A stretch of 57,638 bases of DNA from Minisyncoccota bacterium (GTDB lineage Bacteria > Patescibacteriota > Minisyncoccia > Phycocordibacterales > CAJBRS01), in NCBI GenBank assembly GCA_017881075.1, contig JADGRH010000001.1, positions 1-57,638 on the forward strand, in the 5' to 3' direction. Of this stretch, positions 34,580 to 42,767 are shown in pieces (position 1 is the first letter of the stretch; each line of letters opens with the position of its first letter). Made by a program: the position numbers and the translations under genes. The notes beneath the pieces were generated by a model. It saw only the letters and a list, made by a program, of their open reading frames with translations. It was not told the DNA's origin and ran no database searches.

Positions 34580-34984
34580 TCATTTCTCTCCTACCTTTAG
34601 GGCAGGGGAGTTTTGTTTTATAAGTTGATTTCTCCAACCGCCAAGCATTTTTCCTATCTCTTCTAGACTTTTGCTTAACAGGACATACTTTTTAGTATCC
34701 ACACCTTTAGTCTCCCAAAGGAGATTAAGAAAGAATTTAAGAGTATCCAATTTGACTATCGATTTGGTTATAAATGGCGGCTTCTGATCCTTGCTCAAAA
34801 AGCTTGCTGTAATTGCCCCTTCTATCGCTTCTATAAAAAATAGATCAATTTTTGTACCCAATGTGTATTTTTGCTGTCTTGGAATATGCTGTTGGTATTC
34901 TTGCCATAGTTTATATGCACTTGTAAACTTTGATATTACTCCGGGCGTTGGGGGGGGGGGTACCTTATAGTCTTTTTGATCCAT
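34580..34984 (-). CDS. avd: DGR accessory variability determinant (Avd; four-helix-bundle, 23S-IVS protein family)
   Basis: 134 aa. KLWQEYQQHIPRQQKYTLGTKIDLFFIEAIEG and EEIGKMLGGWRNQL resemble Avd/S23-IVS family motifs. It is adjacent to the RT but on the opposite strand. Confidence 0.75.
   Translation of the reverse strand: MDQKDYKVPPPPTPGVISKFTSAYKLWQEYQQHIPRQQKYTLGTKIDLFFIEAIEGAITASFLSKDQKPPFITKSIVKLDTLKFFLNLLWETKGVDTKKYVLLSKSLEEIGKMLGGWRNQLIKQNSPALKVGEK
34950..34960. repeat. G11 (C11 on the avd strand) homopolymer tract inside avd codons 9-12
   Basis: Counted from the sequence: ...gcgttGGGGGGGGGGGtacc.... On the minus strand it encodes VPPPPT. Confidence 0.95.
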
Positions 34985-35002
34985 AAAAAAATCTTAACAT
35001 AA

Positions 35003-35998
35003 ATGCGACAACTAAATCTAAAGTACGAAGATATTGTATCTATCGAAGATCTTCTCGATGCGTGGAAAGAATTTAAGAGAGGGAAGATCCAGAAAAGAGA
35101 TGTAATTGAATTCAACCTTCACCTTATGGATAACCTTATCCAATTACATCGGGAACTAGCTTCTCTAACATATACTCATCACGGTTATTATGCTTTTAAT
35201 ATATCCGATCCTAAACCAAGGAACATTCATAAAGCCATTGTAAAGGATAGGCTTTTGCATCACGCTATATACCAGAAGATATATCCTTTTTTTGATTCTA
35301 CTTTTATATATGATTCCTATTCTTGTCGAAAAGAAAAAGGAACTCATATAGCTATGGAGCGGTTTAAGAGGTTTATTTATAAGGTGTCTAAAAATAATAC
35401 TAAACAATGCTGGGTATTAAAGTGTGATGTTAAAAAATTCTTTGCTTCAATTGATCATTTAATTTTGTTTCGAATTCTTAAAAGTTACATTTCCGATGAA
35501 AATATATTATGGCTTATCGTGCAAGTAGTAAGGAGCTTTACTGGAGCAAAAGAAGGAGTGGGGTTACCTCTTGGTAATTTAACTTCACAACTTTTGGTAA
35601 ATGTTTATATGAATGAATTTGATAAATACATTAAACATGTTGTTAAAGCAAAATATTATATTCGCTACGCTGACGATTTTGTTATTTTAAGTGAGGATAG
35701 AGATGGGCTTTTGGAGCTCACACCTAAAATTAGTGATTTTTTGAAAGAAGAATTGGGTCTGTCGCTTCACCCAGACAAAGTGTTAGTTAGATCTATTTCT
35801 TCCGGTGTTGATTTCTTGGGCTGGGTTCATTTTCCGGATCATAGAATTCTTCGAACAGTAACTAAGAAAAGAATGATTAAAAAGATGAAACATTCTGAAA
35901 AAGAGGAGACGACACAATCGTATTTAGGTATGTTGAGTCACGGAAATGCTAAAAAGCTGGAAAAGAAAATTAAATCAGAAATTTTAGCACCAAAATAG
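35003..35998 (+). CDS. DGR reverse transcriptase
   Basis: RT motifs are present, including the DGR-diagnostic LPLGNLTSQLLVNVYM ([LIV]GxxxSQ) and the catalytic YIRYADDFVIL. Confidence 0.9.
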   Translation: MRQLNLKYEDIVSIEDLLDAWKEFKRGKIQKRDVIEFNLHLMDNLIQLHRELASLTYTHHGYYAFNISDPKPRNIHKAIVKDRLLHHAIYQKIYPFFDSTFIYDSYSCRKEKGTHIAMERFKRFIYKVSKNNTKQCWVLKCDVKKFFASIDHLILFRILKSYISDENILWLIVQVVRSFTGAKEGVGLPLGNLTSQLLVNVYMNEFDKYIKHVVKAKYYIRYADDFVILSEDRDGLLELTPKISDFLKEELGLSLHPDKVLVRSISSGVDFLGWVHFPDHRILRTVTKKRMIKKMKHSEKEETTQSYLGMLSHGNAKKLEKKIKSEILAPK

Positions 35999-36026
35999 AA
36001 TTTTATGCTATATTAAGCACCTAATT

Positions 36027-38567
36027 ATGGCTTTTCTTAAGACAATTTTCGGTGATTCCAGTGCCAAAGTGATGAAAAACTATGCTTCGCTGGTGCAGAA
36101 GATAAACGCCTTTGAGGCGGAATTTTCTGCTTTTTCGGATGAAGAGTTAAAAAAGAAAACCCCTCAATTCAAAGAGAGGATCGCTCAAGGGGCCACTCTG
36201 GATTCTATTTTGCCGGAAACTTTTGCCACTGTTCGGGAGGCAGCTAAGCGTACGGTCAAACAGAGACCATTTGACGTACAGTTGGTCGGAGGAGTCATTC
36301 TTCATGAAGGCAAGATTGCTGAAATGAAAACCGGAGAAGGAAAAACTTTAGTGGCGACATTACCGACATATTTGAATGCCTTAGAGGGCAAGGGAGTTCA
36401 TATAGTGACTGTCAACGACTACCTCTCCCGTCGAGATGCCGTTTGGATGGGAGAAATCTATTCTTTTCTCGGTCTGTCCATTGGTGTTATCAATCATGAC
36501 TCTTCCTATATCTATGACCCGAGTCATCGTGAGCTTGATGAGAAGCGAGATGAAGTAGCTTCGTTTAAAGTAGTCTATGAATTTCTGCGGCCGATCTCTA
36601 GAACAGAGGCTTACAACGCTGATATTACTTATGGCACCAATAATGAATTTGGTTTTGATTTTCTTCGCGACAATATTGAATATGATACGCGTCGACTTCG
36701 TCAACGCGCCTACAACTTTGCCATTGTTGACGAAGTAGACTCCATTTTAATTGATGAAGCCAGAACTCCTCTGATTATTTCCATGCCTACTACGGACTCG
36801 GAGAGCCTTTATGGAACTTTTGCCGCTCTGGCTCGAAAAATGGAGAAGGAAAAGCATTTTACGGTGGATGAGAAATTAAAGGCCATTACTTTAACTGACG
36901 AAGGTATTGATCTGGCTGAAAAGACTCTAGGAGTAGAAAATATTTATACTGAAAAAGGAATGAAGTATGTTCACCATTTAGAGACAGCAATACGAGCAAA
37001 ATCTCTTTTTGAAAAAGATAAGGACTACGTCATTAAAGATAATGAAATAATCATTGTGGATGAATTTACAGGGAGACTTCAGCAGGGACGTCGCTGGTCT
37101 GAAGGACTCCACCAGGCCATTGAAGCCAAGGAGGGAGTAAAAGTTCAAAAAGAATCCCGCACGGCCGCATCCATTACCTTCCAAAATTATTTTCGTCTCT
37201 ATCCGAAACTAGCCGGCATGACTGGTACGGCCAAAACAAACGCCGAAGAGTTTTACAAAGTTTACGGCCTTGATGTCATTGAAGTGCCCACCAACGTGCC
37301 AGCCATTCGAATCGATCACGACGACCTCATTTTTCAATCGGAGAAAGGAAAATTCATGGCCATTGCCAAGAAGATTAAAGAATTAAATGAAAAAGGCCAG
37401 CCTGTTCTTGTCGGAACCGTTTCCATTGAAAAAAATGAACTTCTTTCAGCTTATCTGAAACGTGAGGGCATTGATCACCAAATTTTAAATGCTAAACCGG
37501 AATATGCGGAGAAAGAAGGAGAAACTATCGCTCAAGCGGGCAAAAATGGGGCGGTTACCATTTCCACCAACATGGCCGGCCGTGGAGTGGATATTAAACT
37601 GGGCGGGGCGCCGGGAAGCCCTGAAGTCTATGAAGAAGTAAAAAATCTAGGCGGTTTGTATGTTCTTGGAACGGAGCGTCACGAGGCGCGCCGTATTGAC
37701 AATCAACTACGAGGTCGTAGCGGACGACAAGGGGATCCCGGAGGCACCCAATTTTTTGTTTCTTTGGAAGATAGCTTGATGCGTATTTTTGCTACCGATA
37801 CTATTAAAAAATTGATGGGACGCTTCGGTATTCCGGAAGATCAGCCAATTGAAAATCGTTTGATCACTCGCGCTCTGGAAAATGCCCAAACCAAAATTGA
37901 AGGCTTCAACTTTGATGCCCGAAAGAGCATCTTAGAATACGATGATGTGCTGAATTTTCAGCGAAAAGTGGTCTACGAACGTCGCCGAAAAATTCTTGTC
38001 GGCAATAAGCAGGATGTTGAAACAGAGTTTGCGGAAGTGGAATCAATGGCTACTCCGGAAGAGAAGGAGCACATTGAAAGAAAGAGGAAAGAACTTGGCG
38101 ACGATCAATTCTATCAGGTCATTAAAAGATTAATTCTTCAGGTGACTGATGTCTTCTGGATGGATCATTTGGAGGGAATGGATTATATGAGAAACTCGGT
38201 GCGCCTGCGAGCTTATGGTCAGCGTGATCCACTAGTGGAATATAAAAAAGAAGGATTGCGACTATTCAAGGAAATGGAGGAAGCCATTGACTTGGAAATT
38301 TTACGGGCCATTCCGAATATTGGGCAAGGTGTTGCTGTAGTAAATCAAGGTCCGACAATAGAAGTTCACCAAAATGCTCAAATTCTCGGCAATCTTGGCA
38401 ACACTTCTTCCAGCGCTGATACTGTAAATCGCACCGTCACTTCAAACTCCAATGAACCAAAAGTCGGCAGAAATGATCCCTGCCCCTGCGGCTCCGGCAA
38501 AAAATATAAAAACTGCGGTCTAAATAATACAGAAGAGCATCAGAAGTTGATGTCGGCAAAGAAATAA
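36027..38567 (+). CDS. secA: Preprotein translocase ATPase SecA
   Basis: 846 aa. MKTGEGKTLVATLP, VTVNDYLSRRD, DEVDSILIDEARTPLIIS, TNMAGRGVDI, and the C-terminal zinc motif CPCGSGKKYKNCG. Confidence 0.95.
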   Translation: MAFLKTIFGDSSAKVMKNYASLVQKINAFEAEFSAFSDEELKKKTPQFKERIAQGATLDSILPETFATVREAAKRTVKQRPFDVQLVGGVILHEGKIAEMKTGEGKTLVATLPTYLNALEGKGVHIVTVNDYLSRRDAVWMGEIYSFLGLSIGVINHDSSYIYDPSHRELDEKRDEVASFKVVYEFLRPISRTEAYNADITYGTNNEFGFDFLRDNIEYDTRRLRQRAYNFAIVDEVDSILIDEARTPLIISMPTTDSESLYGTFAALARKMEKEKHFTVDEKLKAITLTDEGIDLAEKTLGVENIYTEKGMKYVHHLETAIRAKSLFEKDKDYVIKDNEIIIVDEFTGRLQQGRRWSEGLHQAIEAKEGVKVQKESRTAASITFQNYFRLYPKLAGMTGTAKTNAEEFYKVYGLDVIEVPTNVPAIRIDHDDLIFQSEKGKFMAIAKKIKELNEKGQPVLVGTVSIEKNELLSAYLKREGIDHQILNAKPEYAEKEGETIAQAGKNGAVTISTNMAGRGVDIKLGGAPGSPEVYEEVKNLGGLYVLGTERHEARRIDNQLRGRSGRQGDPGGTQFFVSLEDSLMRIFATDTIKKLMGRFGIPEDQPIENRLITRALENAQTKIEGFNFDARKSILEYDDVLNFQRKVVYERRRKILVGNKQDVETEFAEVESMATPEEKEHIERKRKELGDDQFYQVIKRLILQVTDVFWMDHLEGMDYMRNSVRLRAYGQRDPLVEYKKEGLRLFKEMEEAIDLEILRAIPNIGQGVAVVNQGPTIEVHQNAQILGNLGNTSSSADTVNRTVTSNSNEPKVGRNDPCPCGSGKKYKNCGLNNTEEHQKLMSAKK

Positions 38568-38570
38568 AAA

Positions 38571-38597
38571 ATGGCCGACGTCCAAAGTGTCGGCCAT
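38571..38597. terminator. Bidirectional hairpin between convergent secA and purO
   Basis: ATGGCCGAC-gtccaaagt-GTCGGCCAT. Confidence 0.5.
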
Positions 38598-38607
38598 CAC
38601 TATCAAA

Positions 38608-39351
38608 TTACTTCACCTTTTCGTACTTGTTGATGATCTTTATATCGGGATGTTTCGGATGATCCACCGAAGTGAATTTCACCGCTAGAGAGATACGATT
38701 GTCCGAATTCAAAGCATCCCAGTAGAGCTCAAGGTTCTTATCGATGTCACCGACAACAGGCATTATCCGCGGCTCACCCCGGAATGGTGGAAGAGGATCG
38801 CCGTCGCCGGCATAAGTGGTAAGACTCACCCCGGAACCACTTGGAAGATCTGGATAGCGGGCGAAGAATCTCTCGCAGCTCTGACTGTCGGTGGCTTTTC
38901 TGAGGAGAGCTAGCTGGAAATAAGGAGTAAATTCTGCCCAGTGACAAATTGCGGTGATTCGTGGGGTATAGTTCGGATGATCTGGTTCATACTGCCATTC
39001 GGCAAGAATATCTTCGACCCCGCCATTCTCGCCATTGTAGTGCTCTGCTACGGTATCGGTTTGATGACCGTTACTGACGATCGATACGTACTCATTATCA
39101 GTCATGGCGTTGTAAATAATGAGTGATGGGTCTTTCACCTTGGAAGGATCTGCCGGCTCGGTAAAAACTCTGGCACCATCCACGCTAAAGACTCGATTCC
39201 GGCTGTTTTCACTTCTCCCTGTGAGGAAGTAGATTTGAACGATGTTTTTGCCACTCTCGTCCACTCCGACCACGAAGCCGCGGCCGGGGTATGAGTTAAT
39301 CTGCAGGGCGGAGAAGCCCTTTGACGCTTCCACTTCGGTATATGTTTTCAT
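38608..39351 (-). CDS. purO: IMP cyclohydrolase, archaeal PurO-like
   Basis: YPGRGFVVG...YFLTGRSENSRNR and IIYNAM...IVSNGHQTDT resemble PurO family blocks. Confidence 0.6.
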   Translation of the reverse strand: MKTYTEVEASKGFSALQINSYPGRGFVVGVDESGKNIVQIYFLTGRSENSRNRVFSVDGARVFTEPADPSKVKDPSLIIYNAMTDNEYVSIVSNGHQTDTVAEHYNGENGGVEDILAEWQYEPDHPNYTPRITAICHWAEFTPYFQLALLRKATDSQSCERFFARYPDLPSGSGVSLTTYAGDGDPLPPFRGEPRIMPVVGDIDKNLELYWDALNSDNRISLAVKFTSVDHPKHPDIKIINKYEKVK

Positions 39352-39472
39352 TGTTCTGTGTCTTTCTATCTAAAGGTACTTTATATTCTTTCTAAAATAG
39401 TGTCAATTAAAAAATATTCCGATTTGAGTATGGTAAAATAGGAACATCAGAATCTGATAGGAACTAAATAAT

Positions 39473-39793
39473 ATGGAAGGCGAACCAGAAATAGAAGAAT
39501 TTCAAAGTGCGGAGTTGGTAATAGAAGATCCGATTATGGATAAAAATTTCATGATCAGTTTTGAGGCAGAAAATGAAGATCAAAATCGGGCTTATAATGT
39601 CGCTATAAGTGAAATATGCAACAGAGAAAAATTAAAGCCATTTCATCAAGTCGGTTCTCATGAATCTTCGGGCTATCAGGCCTGGGAGATGTGGACAGAG
39701 ACGGACAAAGAGAAACTAAATCAATTATTGTCAAAAATTCAAAGTCTGGCTAAGGAAACATATGACCGATGGAAGGAGTCAAAGATCATTTAA
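39473..39793 (+). CDS. Hypothetical acidic protein (106 aa)
   Basis: ORF only. Confidence 0.4.
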   Translation: MEGEPEIEEFQSAELVIEDPIMDKNFMISFEAENEDQNRAYNVAISEICNREKLKPFHQVGSHESSGYQAWEMWTETDKEKLNQLLSKIQSLAKETYDRWKESKII

Positions 39794-39816
39794 TTAACGA
39801 AGTCTGACTTCGTTAA
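39794..39816. repeat. REP-like palindrome, family A (TTAACGAAGTC-T-GACTTCGTTAA)
   Basis: Perfect 11-bp arms. It starts immediately after the stop codon of 39473..39793. Confidence 0.85.
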
Positions 39817-39870
39817 TCTGCTACAATCGTAGATGAAATTTCTATAAAAATCTCTTAAAGATGATTTCAT

Positions 39871-39887
39871 CAGAGGTCTGACCTCTG
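39871..39887. repeat. REP-like palindrome, family B (CAGAGGTC-T-GACCTCTG)
   Basis: Perfect 8-bp arms. Same core as the copies in gatB. Confidence 0.8.
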
Positions 39888-39888
39888 C

Positions 39889-39911
39889 ATGTCAACGTGG
39901 CACGTTGACAT
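39889..39911. repeat. Palindrome ATGTCAACGTG-G-CACGTTGACAT
   Basis: Perfect 11-bp arms, adjacent to the REP copies. No second copy was noticed in the window. Confidence 0.6.
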
Positions 39912-39936
39912 TGGAGTTTGGTCTCTAAAGTCCCTG

Positions 39937-39945
39937 TGGTATAAT
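39937..39945 (+). promoter_or_regulatory. Extended -10 box TGgTATAAT, 7 nt upstream of the ATG at 39953
   Basis: TGGTATAAT, then tatctaa, then ATG. Confidence 0.45.
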
Positions 39946-39952
39946 TATCTAA

Positions 39953-41962
39953 ATGAGAAAATACTTACTTTTCGCCATTCTATTCTCCTTATTTTTCGTC
40001 CCGCTTCTCTCTTTGGCACGACCTACACTACCGGTACAGAATAATTCTTCTTTTTCCCCTCCATCTTCTTGTATAAATATAACCGTTAACCTTTCTCAAG
40101 GATCAACGGATTCATCCACCGGAGGAGCAGTATCGTTACTTCAAATATTTTTAAATACTAAAGGCTATTTAAGCTCCCAACCTACCGGATATTTTGGTTC
40201 GATGACGACACAAGCGGTAGTCAATTTTCAAAAAGCCAATGGTCTTTCGGCTGTTGGAACCGTTGGTCCTCAGACTCGCGATAAGATCAATGCTCTTACT
40301 TGCGGTTCAATGAATACAAGCTCGGCGCAATCAAGTACGAACTCTGCTCAATCAACTAACAACATAAATTATAATACAACGGATTTGGGAAAGTGGATAG
40401 ATGCAAGATCACAAGGAAGTTATTACGCTGCTTTCCCGTCCTTTTTAAGGGATGATTCCGGCAAGTTAAATATTTCTTATTGTTCTTCTGGTGAAGATTT
40501 TAATCCAAATTTTGCTCCGGACTGGAGAAATACCACCGCCTATACGACCGATAAAGTAAGATACCAATCTTCTACGAATAATGGAGCAACGTGGTCTAGC
40601 GCTAGCACCCTCGTCAGTGCTTACAGACAAAATAACCAAGATAATTTAGATCAGGGCGCTTGCACCAATTCCGCCATCTATTATCAGGGTAGATATTATC
40701 TTTATTTTGAATCTTACCAACACGATACCGGCATGATCGCTATTTTTGTCGCTCGTTCAGATAGTCTTGCTGGGCCATACGATATCTATACTTACGATGG
40801 GTGGCAGAGGAATCCAACCCAATCGGTTTGGAAACCAGTTTTAAGGCCAAGCGTTTACGATATACCTGGTGGAATCGCTTGGGCGGCACAGTTTAAAAAC
40901 TTAAATAACGGAATAGGAAATGTCTATTGGGGTGCTGGTATTCCAAAAATCACTCAAAAAGATGGCAGATTATATCTATATTATGTTGATACCACTTATT
41001 TCCTGATATGGGCTGATTCGCAAGGTGTCCATCAGTATCCCGGAGTAGGAAGTCCTCCTTATACCGGGATTCCATATCAATTAGTATCAATAAGTAATGA
41101 CCCCGTTAACTTTAGTAATGTCTATGCCAACAAAATGGTTGAGCAGGGGGGATCTGATATATGGTCAGAACTGCGCCCTAAATATTTCCCCGCAACTCAA
41201 GAATTCATGGCCTTCTATTTTAAGAGAGCAGACAACAACAATGAGCTTGTTTCCAGAAGCTCTAGCAATGGAATTGCGTGGAGCGGGGAAAAGGTATCAT
41301 CATTAAATTTTACTCAAAATGATCCTCTAGACAGTGGCGGTCAAGGCAATATTGTTACAATAAACCCCTCAATAACCATACTCTCCAATAAAGACGGTCA
41401 AGCAAGTATGCCTGATCTATATGGAATTTTTTGGAAGAGGTTTATATTACCCAATGCTCCTGTTGGATGGAGAGATACTCCAAATTACAAATGGTACTAC
41501 GGCGGCTATGATATTTACGGAATAAAAATTTCTCCGATTTTAAATCCTCCATCCCCTCCACCTCCACCATCCGTAACTACACCCCTAGTCATTAATCTTA
41601 CCAATCGTTATTCAAGTGCAGATAGCGCCAGCGGCTTCTACGTTTGCGGTACCGGATTTAAAGATAATATTTATGCCAGTGTCATTTGGACTAAGCCGGA
41701 TGGTACTGTTATGAATGGTCCAAATGATGTGATCTGGTATACCAAAAACAGTCAAGCTCCATTTTCGATAGCTTCTTATATTGATTCTGCATCATCTGTA
41801 AAAAAACAATGCGCTTTTATTTCTCTTGATGCCGCACTTCAATCTTCAACATTTAGTGGCGGATGGAAAGCTTCTTTCACTCTATATAATGCAGACAACA
41901 ATCTTCACACAACTGTAGATATAACGCCTCCAGGATTGACGAATAATCCTAAGAATACCTAA
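39953..41962 (+). CDS. Secreted protein with an N-terminal peptidoglycan-binding domain and a large beta-rich (propeller/GH-like) domain
   Basis: Signal peptide. LLQIFLNTKGYL..GYFGSMTTQAVVNFQKANGLSAVGTVGPQTRDKI is a PG_binding_1 pattern. A PPSPPPPPS linker is present. Confidence 0.5.
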   Translation: MRKYLLFAILFSLFFVPLLSLARPTLPVQNNSSFSPPSSCINITVNLSQGSTDSSTGGAVSLLQIFLNTKGYLSSQPTGYFGSMTTQAVVNFQKANGLSAVGTVGPQTRDKINALTCGSMNTSSAQSSTNSAQSTNNINYNTTDLGKWIDARSQGSYYAAFPSFLRDDSGKLNISYCSSGEDFNPNFAPDWRNTTAYTTDKVRYQSSTNNGATWSSASTLVSAYRQNNQDNLDQGACTNSAIYYQGRYYLYFESYQHDTGMIAIFVARSDSLAGPYDIYTYDGWQRNPTQSVWKPVLRPSVYDIPGGIAWAAQFKNLNNGIGNVYWGAGIPKITQKDGRLYLYYVDTTYFLIWADSQGVHQYPGVGSPPYTGIPYQLVSISNDPVNFSNVYANKMVEQGGSDIWSELRPKYFPATQEFMAFYFKRADNNNELVSRSSSNGIAWSGEKVSSLNFTQNDPLDSGGQGNIVTINPSITILSNKDGQASMPDLYGIFWKRFILPNAPVGWRDTPNYKWYYGGYDIYGIKISPILNPPSPPPPPSVTTPLVINLTNRYSSADSASGFYVCGTGFKDNIYASVIWTKPDGTVMNGPNDVIWYTKNSQAPFSIASYIDSASSVKKQCAFISLDAALQSSTFSGGWKASFTLYNADNNLHTTVDITPPGLTNNPKNT

Positions 41963-42684
41963 AGCCCCGCTAATTGAATAGCAACATAAAGCACGGCAAC
42001 GCCGAGGACGGTCATTAATGTGGTCCATTTTGTGGGGTGGGCGTGATGGCTTTCGGGCAGGAGGTCGCTCGCACCTATATATAGAAAGAAACCGGTGAAG
42101 ATAGCGAGGACTATTCCCAGGGTTGATTCGGAAAGAGTGAAGAGGAAAGTGGATACAACTCCGAGTACTGGAGCTAACGCATCGGCGAGTAGCCATTTGA
42201 AGGCTTCACTACGGCCGCCGTGGTTTTTGGAGATGAGGCCAACGGTGTTGATGCCATCGGAGAAATCGTGGACTAAAACGGCGACGGCGACCACTGCTCC
42301 AACGGCGGCAGAGACCTGGAAGGCGACGCCAATGGCGACGCCGTCAAGAAAACTATGAAATGAAAGACTGCCTGCCCCTAATCTGCCGCGTCTGTTTTCA
42401 ATATGCGGATGAGAGTCATCATCCGTATGGCTGTGCATAATAATCATTCGGTCTAATATCAAATAAACCACAAAACCCAGAGCCATCATGGATGTAATAA
42501 ATGAGCCTGAGTAATTGACGCTACCGAGATTAATTGCTTCTGGCATCAAGTCAAAGAAGGCTACTCCAATAACAGCTCCGGCACTGAATCCTAAGATGAG
42601 ATGAAGACGATCCTGAAAACGCAAGGCGAATAACCCCCCGAGTAATGTAGCGACAAAAGCGGCGATAGCAATTAGAATAATCAT
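41959..42684 (-). CDS. ZIP-family metal (Zn/Fe) transporter, ZupT-like
   Basis: Polytopic membrane protein with a His-rich loop (HSHTDDDSHPH) and HDFSDG/HSFLDG motifs. Confidence 0.7.
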   Translation of the reverse strand: MIILIAIAAFVATLLGGLFALRFQDRLHLILGFSAGAVIGVAFFDLMPEAINLGSVNYSGSFITSMMALGFVVYLILDRMIIMHSHTDDDSHPHIENRRGRLGAGSLSFHSFLDGVAIGVAFQVSAAVGAVVAVAVLVHDFSDGINTVGLISKNHGGRSEAFKWLLADALAPVLGVVSTFLFTLSESTLGIVLAIFTGFFLYIGASDLLPESHHAHPTKWTTLMTVLGVAVLYVAIQLAGL

Positions 42685-42767
42685 AATAATTTAAGTATAA
42701 GTAAAATCAATTTGTAAATCAAAGTTCTTTCCTATAAGCTAAAAGCTATAACCTAATAGCTATTCAT

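Larger units (their letters stand above)
33506..35998 (+). mobile_element. Diversity-generating retroelement cassette (target/VR, TR, avd, RT)
   Basis: See the component features. TR and VR differ almost only at TR adenines. Confidence 0.9.

Noticed and set aside
34368-34628. 86-aa + strand ORF (…HSVGKVNGNRNVPYLNRNGSKRNLNLNWFDNRWNANYRFAFVRYS…) that could be called as a gene or as a second DGR target.
   Set aside because: It is the DGR template repeat read in the VR frame. It is Asn-codon-rich and adenine-rich. It has no credible N-terminal domain and overlaps the avd 3' end on the other strand. It is best annotated as the TR, not a CDS.
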